DNA of 64,000 nt from positions 1 to 64,000 of IMG/VR virus record IMGVR_UViG_3300023184_000024. One strand, given 5' to 3'. The notes beneath the pieces were generated by a model, which worked only from the letters and a program-made list of their open reading frames with translations, was not told where the DNA came from and searched no databases. Positions 38,937 through 48,660 of this stretch are shown here, piece after piece. How positions within the stretch are numbered: the stretch's first letter is position 1; every line of letters starts with the position of its first letter. Position numbers and translations under genes: made by a program.

Positions 38937-39854
38937 ATGAAAGAATTGTGGACTGAAAAATATCGACCACGCACAGTGGCTGACTACGTGTTTCGAGACA
39001 ACGAACAAAAGAATCAAGTACAAAATTGGATCGACTCAAAATCGATTCCTCATTTGTTGTTCAGCGGAGCTCCTGGTGTGGGCAAAACAACACTGGCAAA
39101 AATCTTAATCAATGAATTAAAAATTGATGAGTACGATGTGTTAGACATCAATGCAAGTCGTGAAAACAGTGTGGATACAATACGAGATAAAATCACAGGT
39201 TTTGTACAAACCATGCCGTTTGGAGACTTTAAAATAGTGCTGTTAGATGAGGCAGACTACATTAGTCCCAATGGACAAGCCGCCTTGCGTGGAGTCATGG
39301 AAACGTATCATGCCAGTGCTCGTTTCATTCTCACTTGCAACTATCCCAGCAGAGTTATTCCTGCACTGCACAGTCGTTGTCAAGGGTTCCACATCGAACG
39401 TGTTGATGTCACTGAATTCACAGCCAGGATGGCCACAGTGCTGGTAACTGAAAGTGTGGAGTTTGATCTAGACACTCTTGACACCTATGTCAAAGCCACT
39501 TATCCTGACCTACGCAAATGCTTGAACATGTGTCAGATGAATTCAACTGATGGCACACTTGTTTCACCCAAAGGTGACGAAGGCGGAGTACGAGATTGGA
39601 AACTCAGTGCAGTTGAGTTATTCAAAGCCGGTCGGGTCAGAGAAGCACGTACCTTGATGTGTGCAAGTGTGCGACCAGAAGAAATGGAAGAAGTATTTCG
39701 TTGGATGTATGACAACCTAGAGCTTTGGGGCAACGACGCCGAGAAACAAGACCGAGCAATTGTGGTCATCCGAGACGGTGCTGCCAACGTGCCTTTGGTG
39801 GCAGACCAGGAAATTAATCTTTCAGCAACTTTAATAGAATTGGCCAATTTATGA
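38937..39854 (+). CDS. clamp loader subunit (RFC-small/gp44-like)
   Basis: WTEKYRP, GAPGVGKTT, NAS, LDEAD, SRC. Confidence 0.93.
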   Translation: MKELWTEKYRPRTVADYVFRDNEQKNQVQNWIDSKSIPHLLFSGAPGVGKTTLAKILINELKIDEYDVLDINASRENSVDTIRDKITGFVQTMPFGDFKIVLLDEADYISPNGQAALRGVMETYHASARFILTCNYPSRVIPALHSRCQGFHIERVDVTEFTARMATVLVTESVEFDLDTLDTYVKATYPDLRKCLNMCQMNSTDGTLVSPKGDEGGVRDWKLSAVELFKAGRVREARTLMCASVRPEEMEEVFRWMYDNLELWGNDAEKQDRAIVVIRDGAANVPLVADQEINLSATLIELANL

Positions 39855-40159
39855 GATATATGTTATTGACTTATTACAAAAAGCCCAACGGGCAGGTCGA
39901 CGAAAGTGTGACAGTGGCACGTAGTATCAAAGCCAAAGATTACCAGATGTCCAATGTCATACTTGACTTTAAAAAGCTGGCTGTGGTACAGTGTAGCATG
40001 GGCGGAATACAAGTGCCCAAAGATTGGGACAAACTAATTTCTTACTATCACAAACACTACGGCTCTACAATTGAACGATTACTCAAAGAAAATGGATACG
40101 AAATTGTCAAACCACAAGAAACCACAGAAACACAACCCCAAGCAGTTGATCCTAGTTGA
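39851..40159 (+). CDS. hypothetical protein
   Basis: Coupled to the clamp loader gene. Confidence 0.7.
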   Translation: MRYMLLTYYKKPNGQVDESVTVARSIKAKDYQMSNVILDFKKLAVVQCSMGGIQVPKDWDKLISYYHKHYGSTIERLLKENGYEIVKPQETTETQPQAVDPS

Positions 40160-40721
40160 TGCCGATGGCGTACTCTTAAACTGGGAGTATGCTTTTAGTA
40201 TCTGGATGGAACAGCACGGGTTTGAAAAAATACCCGGTGGCGATTTAAACTACGACATTGGTGAACGTTACAACATTTCCTGGGATCAAGGGAAAAAACT
40301 AATCAAGATGTTCAACGAATCAGCATCTATTGGATTTTTGCCTCCCTTGCGTGATGCCATGTACTATGTCAAGAGACTGCACGAAGAACATGGCTATGTG
40401 TTTCACTGTATTACTAGCCTGAGTTCCGATGTCAATGCACAGCGTTTGAGAGAAATGAATCTAAGCAAGTTGTTTGGGGACACCGTGTTTCAACGAATTG
40501 TGTGTTTAGAAACAGGTGCAGACAAAAACGATGCCTTGGAACCTTACAGAGATAGCGGATGTTGGTGGGTCGAAGACAAACCAGAAAATGCCGAGGTTGG
40601 CCACAGCATGGGCTTACGTTCTATATTAATGGAACATGGACACAACATGACTCACCATAACAATGATATTCCTGTGGTCAAGAATTGGAAAGAAATTTAC
40701 GATATTGTGGTTGATCAGTGA
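40092..40721 (+). CDS. HAD-family 5'(3')-deoxyribonucleotidase-like protein
   Basis: DADGVL...ITS...K...VEDK..N. Confidence 0.85.
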   Translation: MDTKLSNHKKPQKHNPKQLILVDADGVLLNWEYAFSIWMEQHGFEKIPGGDLNYDIGERYNISWDQGKKLIKMFNESASIGFLPPLRDAMYYVKRLHEEHGYVFHCITSLSSDVNAQRLREMNLSKLFGDTVFQRIVCLETGADKNDALEPYRDSGCWWVEDKPENAEVGHSMGLRSILMEHGHNMTHHNNDIPVVKNWKEIYDIVVDQ

Positions 40722-41701
40722 CCACAGGCAGCAACACAGGCATACAACTTTCCGTGTGCTATGCTGGGCAATGCCCAAGTTTTTTCCACTAGGTCAAACC
40801 AATCGATACAGTGCTCTAAGCTGTGATGTTTGGCATTGTTTTCTTTGACCATGTCTTTGAATTGGCTATTGCCAGGCTGATGCATGGTACCAGGAAAGAA
40901 CCCTAGAAAACAACACGGGTATATAGATCCGTCAGCAGCCACATAAATTTCTTTTTGTTTTATGTGAGCACATTTTATTTCTGCGTCATCGTTGACCCAG
41001 GGTATTTTCTTTGTGTGATCAAACCAGGTCACATGACTTTCAAGCAACACATCAACCTTGGGTGGCTCGGGTTCGGGACTGCCCAACCAATGACTAAATT
41101 CGCCATCTCTTGTGAACACCGGTCCTTGATTGCGTCCGTGATCTCGTAGTACGAACTCCGAAAACCCTAGTTGACTGCTCATTGCTCGACATGCATCAAG
41201 CTGATGTTGATTGTGTGTGAATGGAATAAACTTCCAAACAGCGTTGCCGCCTACAGCAATCAAGGCCTTGGCATTTTCTAGTATTTTCCCCCATTGGGTA
41301 TCTTGGCGATACAAGCTGTGTGTGTCTTCAAGACCGTCTAATGCAAACAGCACTTTGATTCGAGGATTACTTAATTGCTGCCACCAAGCAGGAGAACGAG
41401 TACTGCCGTTGGTTTCAATTTGTATGTGCGCACTGCTGTTGTCTAAAAAATAGTCAACAATGGCCAGGGCATCACTGGCCAGACTAAAGTCCCCAAGGTT
41501 GCCATTGAAGTTTACACGATTGATTTGCTTTAGGAACGCAGGAGTGAATATGTGTTGAATATCATCAAGTGATAATTCAGTCAATGGGTAACCACCGTTG
41601 AACTCCGATCCCCGATAGTTGCGCATACACATGGGACACCGGGCATTGCATCGAGTGCTGAGTTCAATGTGCAATGCCCGAATTTGGTCTACTTTGATCA
41701 T
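40715..41701 (-). CDS. radical SAM protein with twitch/SPASM domain
   Basis: CNARCPMC, TNG, DG, G.IYPCC, C...CG. Confidence 0.9.
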   Translation of the reverse strand: MIKVDQIRALHIELSTRCNARCPMCMRNYRGSEFNGGYPLTELSLDDIQHIFTPAFLKQINRVNFNGNLGDFSLASDALAIVDYFLDNSSAHIQIETNGSTRSPAWWQQLSNPRIKVLFALDGLEDTHSLYRQDTQWGKILENAKALIAVGGNAVWKFIPFTHNQHQLDACRAMSSQLGFSEFVLRDHGRNQGPVFTRDGEFSHWLGSPEPEPPKVDVLLESHVTWFDHTKKIPWVNDDAEIKCAHIKQKEIYVAADGSIYPCCFLGFFPGTMHQPGNSQFKDMVKENNAKHHSLEHCIDWFDLVEKTWALPSIAHGKLYACVAACGH

Positions 41702-41737
41702 TCAAATATTTATAGACCGCCTTTGATCAACAAATGT

Positions 41738-42472
41738 TTATGTGTAGAGTTTTAACACACTGCTGATAATTGGGTGTCGTTGAATGTCTTTGGATCCCAG
41801 TTCGCAAACAGCCAGTCCGTTGACCTGGTGTTGTTTGTACCTTGTGGTCAAATCCAACAGACCATTGTTGTCCGTGGCACGATCTGTTTGTTCAACATCC
41901 CCGGTCACTATTATCTTACTGTTTTCACCAATGCGTGTCAGCAACATTTTCATTTGATTTGGTGTGGCATTCTGCATTTCATCTGCTACTATCCAGGTAT
42001 TTTTAAATGTGCGTCCACGCATGTAGGCCAGTGGAGATATTTCAATGACTTCATCCTCGATCATTTTTATAACTTCCCTGGGGTGGTAAAACTCTTTTAT
42101 AATGTCAAGCAAGGGTCGTGTCCAGGGCTCCATTTTCTTGAATAGATCCCCGGGCAAAAACCCATGTTGTTCGTTCTCAACCCCCACTGCTGGTCGTGTC
42201 AATACAATTTTTTGACAGTGTCCGTATCGCAGGCTTTTCAGTGCTGCCAACATGGCTAGATAACTCTTGCCAGTTCCTGCAGGACCCACTGCTATTGCTA
42301 TGTTTATTTGGGGATCAAACAAATTTACTATGAAGTTTTCCTGTGCTCTTGATTTAGGAATTAGTTCTATTTGTCGAGATTTTGATTTAACTACTTGGTT
42401 AAAATCAATGGTATTTTCTACCACCTGTTGTTGAAGTCGGCGCTGGGCCTTTTGTCCTCGTGCTCTACTCAA
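41738..42472 (-). CDS. phoH: PhoH-like ATPase
   Basis: GPAGTGKS, GFLPG, YMRGRTF, DEMQN, GD..Q.D; probable TTG start at 42472 after AGGAG. Confidence 0.95.
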   Translation of the reverse strand: MSRARGQKAQRRLQQQVVENTIDFNQVVKSKSRQIELIPKSRAQENFIVNLFDPQINIAIAVGPAGTGKSYLAMLAALKSLRYGHCQKIVLTRPAVGVENEQHGFLPGDLFKKMEPWTRPLLDIIKEFYHPREVIKMIEDEVIEISPLAYMRGRTFKNTWIVADEMQNATPNQMKMLLTRIGENSKIIVTGDVEQTDRATDNNGLLDLTTRYKQHQVNGLAVCELGSKDIQRHPIISSVLKLYT

Positions 42473-42641
42473 GTGTAACTCTCCTTGTTTCATGTTGGTC
42501 GCTACCTTTCGCACTGGTATTTAGGCTCTGTGACCTGGAGGTTTTATGCGGGTACTTTTCGTTAATATATGTGCTAAGTATTAGGCTCCACACAGCAGAT
42601 CATCAAAATTGTGCTAACGCATCACAGCCATAAATACCTGT

Positions 42642-43226
42642 ATGGACAAAGACATTTTTAAAGATCACAGCGACTATTGGCTTGTAGCCGAAAACATCAA
42701 GGACCTTTACATGAGCGAAGGCAGTATCCTTAGCCTGCTTGATTTTGAGCGTGTGCTTGATGAGTTGGATCTGTATGCTTTTAAAAATTGGGCTCTTGGT
42801 GAATTAGTACAAGGACCCGATATTAGCAAATACAAAGTTGGTTGTATTTTTATGTGGCCTGAGAAATTAATGCCGGACCCCAGGGGCGGCAAACGTTTAC
42901 TGCCGTTTGATTGTGAAATCAAATACATGAAAAAAATGATAAAGATACCAATCAAAATCGAAGAACCCGATGATTATATTCCTGGCACACACAAGGCTAG
43001 ATTGATTGAAAAACCTGTTTGGCTGGTAGAAATTGTAATGCCAAAGAGTTTGATGAATGACATACGCACAGGAAGCATAGAACTCGAAGATCAAAGCATA
43101 GACCTAGAGGATCTCGATTCGGCTTATGAAGAAGACTTGAACCAAGAAGAGTTCAAGGACAACAGTGAAGATGACGCACAACCGCAACAGCCAGACCAAA
43201 ATGCACAACAACAACCAACTATTTGA
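42642..43226 (+). CDS. conserved late phage protein
   Basis: L.DFERVLD..D.YAF.NW..GELV.GP...MPDP.G. Confidence 0.8.
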   Translation: MDKDIFKDHSDYWLVAENIKDLYMSEGSILSLLDFERVLDELDLYAFKNWALGELVQGPDISKYKVGCIFMWPEKLMPDPRGGKRLLPFDCEIKYMKKMIKIPIKIEEPDDYIPGTHKARLIEKPVWLVEIVMPKSLMNDIRTGSIELEDQSIDLEDLDSAYEEDLNQEEFKDNSEDDAQPQQPDQNAQQQPTI

Positions 43227-43746
43227 AGCCCTTGAATACAAGGATTTAGAAGGCATGATGAAGCCCACGGTTCACATTGACGAATTTGCCAGTAAAATGG
43301 GCGACGATGACGACATCATTGTTGCAAGTTTTTTTGTTCGCAGTAAAGAAGCCGCAACAGACCTGTCAAATTGGTTTGAAAAAGGCTATGATTTTATACT
43401 GGATGCTGACCAAAGCCCCGGAGAAATCAGCCCTGGACGTTACTTGGTTTATGTAGAATTACGTAGACGCAGACAAGCAGGTGCACACATACAAGAGCTC
43501 ATCAGCGACTTGGCCACATTGACTGAGTTTGAACCCGACGACTGGACCTTGCACTACAATGATAAAACTGTGCCATTTAGCCAAGAAACGTTTGACCGTT
43601 TGGTTCCATTGAATCCCAACGACTACCGGTTACGCAAAGAAAAAGATTTAAACACAGTGAGAGAAGCCGCTGGTTTACCAGTGCGTCAGATTTTTGACCG
43701 CACACCTGATATTTTAATACTACAAAGCGCAGCCGGCATAAGATAA
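43201..43746 (+). CDS. conserved late phage protein
   Basis: ID.F.SKMG.DD...A.DL..W.EKGY...DAD.S.GE. Confidence 0.8.
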   Translation: MHNNNQLFEALEYKDLEGMMKPTVHIDEFASKMGDDDDIIVASFFVRSKEAATDLSNWFEKGYDFILDADQSPGEISPGRYLVYVELRRRRQAGAHIQELISDLATLTEFEPDDWTLHYNDKTVPFSQETFDRLVPLNPNDYRLRKEKDLNTVREAAGLPVRQIFDRTPDILILQSAAGIR

Positions 43747-43750
43747 TTAC

Positions 43751-44386
43751 ATGCAACTAAAAAGCTTTGGTTGTAGCTTTGTGTTTGGCAGCGACCTGCG
43801 TGATACCGGCACCCATGCTACTCCCAGTCAATTAACTTGGCCCGCACTGTTGGCCCGACAGTTAGGACACGAATATGCGTGTCATGCTTGTCCGGGTGTG
43901 GGCAATCTCTACATACTAGAACAATTATTAAATGAATTAACCAGCAATGATCCTGCTGTGTATGTTGTAAATTGGACCTGGATCGATCGTTTTGATTACA
44001 CAGAGCATGACAATTCCTGGGCCAGTTTGCGTCCTGGCGACGATAACAGCACTGCCAGGTTCTATTATAAAAATCTACATTCTCAATATCGGGACAAGCT
44101 CACAACACTGTCGTTGATCAAGCTGGCAATTGATGCACTCCTACAGAAAAAGCAAAGTTTCATAATGACTTACATGGATGATTTAATCTTTGAAACACAA
44201 TGGCATACCAGTCCTGCCATTGCCAGTATGCAGGAGTATGTGCAGCCGTATCTGCGCAATTTTGATGGTTTGAATTTTTTAGCTTGGGCTCAACACAACA
44301 ACTTTGAAATAAGCCCAACTCTGCACCCACTGGAGGCAGCACACAGTGCCGCTGCCAATTTAATACTGAATCAAAGCTTGGTGTAG
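43751..44386 (+). CDS. SGNH/GDSL-like hydrolase
   Basis: FGCSFVFG, WP.L, G.GN, WT..DR, C-terminal HP. Confidence 0.7.
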   Translation: MQLKSFGCSFVFGSDLRDTGTHATPSQLTWPALLARQLGHEYACHACPGVGNLYILEQLLNELTSNDPAVYVVNWTWIDRFDYTEHDNSWASLRPGDDNSTARFYYKNLHSQYRDKLTTLSLIKLAIDALLQKKQSFIMTYMDDLIFETQWHTSPAIASMQEYVQPYLRNFDGLNFLAWAQHNNFEISPTLHPLEAAHSAAANLILNQSLV

Positions 44387-45099
44387 ACAAAATACAGTCT
44401 ATCGTTGGCGTCTTTTTTAAAGGTTTCCAATTTTAAATTGTAGCGTTCTGCAAACTCATTTACTACTTCGAACGTCCAAGGAAATATTTCCACATACGGC
44501 CCTGTCTTGTGCGTGATTCCGGGATTGGCTCGCAAATAGAATCGACCGCCAGGTTTCAATAAATTCACACAGTGTGCAAAACGTGCTTCGATTTCCGCAC
44601 GATCATTGAAGTTTATTGAACCCAGTGCCATGATCACATCATGTGATTCAGGCTTGACCTTGTAGTCTAGAATGTCTACTTCGTAGTCAGCACAGTTGTT
44701 GTAGGGATCAATACCAATTAGGTTGTTGATACGCCCTTTAAACGGATGATATCCACATCCCACGTCTAGCACCCGTTCAGGATTTAGCTTGTTGATTTCT
44801 TCAGCCAACTCCCATCCGGTGTGTTCATAGTCACCAGTCCTGGGCTTCCATATTTCACTGAAGAAACGCAGGATATAGCGTTCACTTAGGTCATTGACAA
44901 TGTCTTTTAATGTGCCTACATAATCGCAGGGCAAGTGCAGTTCTGCTTCCACTGCATCTTTGAACTTTTTGTAACGGGCCGGAGTCCAAGGTAGGTCTTG
45001 TATCTGCGTGTCTGCGTCAACAGTGACGTTGGCGTACTTGGGTAAATTAAAAGAGTCCTGCAAATTTTTGCAGATTAGGTTAAAAATTTTGGTGTTCAT
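44371..45099 (-). CDS. class I SAM methyltransferase with N-terminal ACP-like region
   Basis: VLDVGCG, GID, LLKPGG. Confidence 0.85.
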   Translation of the reverse strand: MNTKIFNLICKNLQDSFNLPKYANVTVDADTQIQDLPWTPARYKKFKDAVEAELHLPCDYVGTLKDIVNDLSERYILRFFSEIWKPRTGDYEHTGWELAEEINKLNPERVLDVGCGYHPFKGRINNLIGIDPYNNCADYEVDILDYKVKPESHDVIMALGSINFNDRAEIEARFAHCVNLLKPGGRFYLRANPGITHKTGPYVEIFPWTFEVVNEFAERYNLKLETFKKDANDRLYFVYTKL

Positions 45100-45191
45100 A
45101 AAAAATTTGGTAAATAACTTAGAATTTTTACAAGACCACTAAAATTTTTAATCAGTGCCTTGTTTTTGATTATACTATTTAAGGAGTTACA

Positions 45192-46169
45192 ATGTCAATC
45201 AAAAAATTATTGCTAGCCGCTTTATTAATGCCAATTATGGCATTTGCTTGGGAACCCACCAAACCTGTACAGGTTTATATTGGAAATACACCGGGCGCAG
45301 GTAACGAAATGGCCTTTAGGAAACTGGCTGAAATCGTTCAGAAACATAATCCCAAATTTGTTTATGTTGTACAAAACATTCCCGGGGCAGATTCAGTTAT
45401 TGCTAACAACCGGTTTTTAGAAGCACCCAATGATGGCTATACAATTAACTTGCCCAGCCACATGAGTAGCTATGTTACAAATGACATTTGGGAAAAGTCA
45501 ATTAAGAAATACAATTATGACTCATTTATTGATGTGCTCACAATGGGCAAATCACCATTGGTCCTAGTTGCTGGTGTCAAAAGCGGCATCAACACCCCAC
45601 AGGAGTTTGTGAAGTATATTCAAAGTGGTAGAACAATCAGTATTGCCATTGGTGGAGGCGCACATCGTACAGCATTTGAATACTTAATGGAAAAAGGTCG
45701 GGGCAATAAAGACACAGTCAAACCTATTAAATTTAACGGTCCAATGCCAGCCGTGACCAGTGCCGCAAGCTATGATGGTAAAACAGGTACGGAATTTGCT
45801 ATTATTCCTATTGCGGTTGCAAAAGCATTAGTTGACGCGGGCAAGGTTAAACCAATTGGCTTTACTGGTACACAACGGATGGCACAGTTTCCTAATGTTC
45901 CGTTGTTGCGTGATGTAGCACCTGGCATCAATGTGTATGCTGCCTGGAGTATTCAATTGCCGCCTGGGACAAGTAAAGATATTGTTGAGTGGTACCAACA
46001 GCAGTTTAGCAAAGCAGTGCGTTCAGCAGAGTACAAAGAATACACAGATGCCAATGTTATATTCTACGCAGAAGATGAACTTACACCTGCAGGATTAAAG
46101 CGTCACATGGATGAACTACGTGCGGCATTTATTCCTGTGTTAAGCAAAATTGATTTAGGTAAAGAATGA
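45192..46169 (+). CDS. Bug/TctC tripartite tricarboxylate transporter substrate-binding protein
   Basis: Signal peptide; PGAG, N.PGA, PNDGYT, FPNVP, P.GT. Confidence 0.88.
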   Translation: MSIKKLLLAALLMPIMAFAWEPTKPVQVYIGNTPGAGNEMAFRKLAEIVQKHNPKFVYVVQNIPGADSVIANNRFLEAPNDGYTINLPSHMSSYVTNDIWEKSIKKYNYDSFIDVLTMGKSPLVLVAGVKSGINTPQEFVKYIQSGRTISIAIGGGAHRTAFEYLMEKGRGNKDTVKPIKFNGPMPAVTSAASYDGKTGTEFAIIPIAVAKALVDAGKVKPIGFTGTQRMAQFPNVPLLRDVAPGINVYAAWSIQLPPGTSKDIVEWYQQQFSKAVRSAEYKEYTDANVIFYAEDELTPAGLKRHMDELRAAFIPVLSKIDLGKE

Positions 46170-46748
46170 ATGTCTTTACCTAAAAGAATATTCTTTGCAG
46201 GTGTACCAGGATCTCGTTGGTCCGGGGTTGCACAACTATTAGAAACTGTACCAGGGTTTAACACAAGCGATCGCACACCCGAGCGCACGTTTATCTTTAA
46301 ACCCTTTTCAGATCATTTAGGCGCATACTTTGGTTCGGGCATGGAATTCCCACTGGATTTAAACCCTGCTAATATTGATAGCGCACACACTACATTGGAT
46401 GGCTGTAGATTAATTAAAGCACATGAGTGGGCATACCATTTAGATGCAATTAAGCAACAGTACCCCGAAGATTGGATCATAATGGTATATCGTCCAGACA
46501 CTATTAGTTTTGCCTGGTGGAATGGTGCAGGCGGGTTTAATATTACATATCCCAAGTATGATGCATTTAAAGATGCCACAAATATGATGTGTGAAATCGC
46601 GCAAATGAATAAATCTATCCTGGAGTTTTCGTATAAACACAATGCGACTTGGAATCATTTAACACCCCAATGGGTATTAGATAATTTTGGTGTCAACAGA
46701 GAAGTTGACCACAAGTTTCATGACATGCTAATTACTATTATAAAATGA
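46170..46748 (+). CDS. P-loop sulfotransferase-like protein
   Basis: FFAGVPGSRWS, HLGAYF, IKAH, YR, ITYP.Y. Confidence 0.6.
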   Translation: MSLPKRIFFAGVPGSRWSGVAQLLETVPGFNTSDRTPERTFIFKPFSDHLGAYFGSGMEFPLDLNPANIDSAHTTLDGCRLIKAHEWAYHLDAIKQQYPEDWIIMVYRPDTISFAWWNGAGGFNITYPKYDAFKDATNMMCEIAQMNKSILEFSYKHNATWNHLTPQWVLDNFGVNREVDHKFHDMLITIIK

Positions 46749-47374
46749 AATATATCTTTGTAGCCGGTGCTCCTGGCAGTAAATGGAGCAGTGTAGTCAA
46801 AAACATCTACTATAGTCCTGATATCGATCGGTCAGACTATAGAGATGAATGGACTTATTATCATGACGCTTCGGGTACTCGGGAACTAATGCACCTGGGT
46901 GCTTACTTTGACCCGGGAATGATTAGCCCGTTGCCTGAGGATTTGACCACGTTGTCAAGGCAGCAACTAGAAGAGATATTTGCTGAGCCATTTCAATTTA
47001 AAGAATCTCGAGGTGTGCGCATTATCAAAAGCCATGTGTTCTCAAATCACATTGACTATTTGCGCGAACTATTCCCTGAAACACCCATTGTAATCGTGCA
47101 TCGCAGTGATGACGCCTGCCTGGGCTGGTGGGTCAAGTGTGGTCATTTCGACATCACTTATCCTGATTATCATGAGTATTTTAAAGATTTAAAAACAATG
47201 GCCCGTATCATTAAAAGCCAAAATGCAGACATCTTAACAGCATGGTGGAAATACAATGATTGTCCGGTAATGGACAACAATCTTCGATTGGCTGCGGCCT
47301 TGGGCATAGATGCACCTCCCCCAGAATACACACAAGAATATGCAGTAAACGACATAAGGGTAAAAGTAATATGA
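46745..47374 (+). CDS. P-loop sulfotransferase-like protein (paralog of 46170..46748)
   Basis: FVAGAPGSKWS, HLGAYF, IKSH, HR, ITYP.Y. Confidence 0.6.
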   Translation: MKYIFVAGAPGSKWSSVVKNIYYSPDIDRSDYRDEWTYYHDASGTRELMHLGAYFDPGMISPLPEDLTTLSRQQLEEIFAEPFQFKESRGVRIIKSHVFSNHIDYLRELFPETPIVIVHRSDDACLGWWVKCGHFDITYPDYHEYFKDLKTMARIIKSQNADILTAWWKYNDCPVMDNNLRLAAALGIDAPPPEYTQEYAVNDIRVKVI

Positions 47375-48036
47375 TAACAGACGAATTTAAAAGCAGTTGG
47401 GATTTCACTAAAAGCACCAGCACATACCATTTTGATCCTACGAAACTGGATCGTTTTGAAGATGTGATCGCACATCTTGGACACATTGAACCCACCTGGA
47501 CAGCGGATGTAGCAGACATTGTTGCTAATAGCAAGCCAGCAACCTGGGAAACACGTGGCTACAAAGGCGAGGGCGTGCTGCCTCCACGTGAAGATTTGGC
47601 GGCCGAAGAATATGACCTAGAGCGTGTGGGTGCAGACCCAAAAATGACAATCACTCATTTAAATTGGAACATGCCCGAATCGCTTAAAAAGATTTCCCGG
47701 CAATTTGCTCTAGATGACTGCATGGAGCGTATTCACGTGCAACGCCCGGGGGAGGTGTGGAATCTACACATGGATAAACTACAGAAATGGAACCCCGAAG
47801 ATCCCAGTCGTATAATGCGTATCTTTGTTCAGCTCACAGACTGGCAGCCAGGGCAGTTCTGGGAGTACGGCAACCATCACTGGAATCAATGGCGTGCCGG
47901 CGATGTTTCAACCTTTGACTGGGCCAACATGCCACACAGCACAGCCAATGCAGGACACCATCCCCGAGTTACACTACAGTTAACAGGCGTTATCACTGAT
48001 CGCACACAAGAATACTTGGCCAATATACCCAGATGA
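47371..48036 (+). CDS. 2OG-Fe(II) oxygenase (Asp/Asn beta-hydroxylase-like)
   Basis: PG....HMD...PHSTAN...PR..LQ. Confidence 0.75.
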   Translation: MITDEFKSSWDFTKSTSTYHFDPTKLDRFEDVIAHLGHIEPTWTADVADIVANSKPATWETRGYKGEGVLPPREDLAAEEYDLERVGADPKMTITHLNWNMPESLKKISRQFALDDCMERIHVQRPGEVWNLHMDKLQKWNPEDPSRIMRIFVQLTDWQPGQFWEYGNHHWNQWRAGDVSTFDWANMPHSTANAGHHPRVTLQLTGVITDRTQEYLANIPR

Positions 48037-48659
48037 AAACACTGTTGATCATTACTGGCCCACAAGGCTCAGGCAATCATTTATGGAGCAAGATCTTTGC
48101 ACTACATCCTGATGTACATGGTTGGCATGCTCTGCTACACGAATACTGGATAGGGCATGATCAGGAGCCTTTTGCGGCCTATTGGGAGAACCCCGATTTA
48201 CTTCAAGATTTTGACTGGAGTCGTTGTGATCATTATGTCACCAGTGTCAGCACACCTTACATGCTCAACGGTGAGCGCACTGTGCCCAACATTGTGCAGT
48301 TTGCTGCCACTGCCATGGGACTGGGTATATGTGTAAAAATTGCCATCATAGGTCGTGATCGTAATATATTAACCTATCAAGAACAGCGTGTGCGTGGCGA
48401 TGCCACCTATGATACAGCATTAAAAGAATATGAAAAACTCAGGACCTGGAGCCCGGTGTTCTTGAGTTATGAATTACTGCATCTTTATCGGGATCTTTAT
48501 CTACAACAAATTGCCAATCAATTGGAATTCCCTGTGGATTACTCTAGTGCCCAGCTGGCAAATATTTTAACAGATGATACTAACAGTAAATATTTCAACC
48601 CTGTGGATCATCATCCCACTGATGATCTAGCACGACACTCTTCAAGGAAATGGAAATAA
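48033..48659 (+). CDS. P-loop sulfotransferase-like protein
   Basis: IITGPQGSGNHL...HP, IGRD, SYE.L. Confidence 0.65.
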   Translation: MKTLLIITGPQGSGNHLWSKIFALHPDVHGWHALLHEYWIGHDQEPFAAYWENPDLLQDFDWSRCDHYVTSVSTPYMLNGERTVPNIVQFAATAMGLGICVKIAIIGRDRNILTYQEQRVRGDATYDTALKEYEKLRTWSPVFLSYELLHLYRDLYLQQIANQLEFPVDYSSAQLANILTDDTNSKYFNPVDHHPTDDLARHSSRKWK

Positions 48660-48660
48660 C

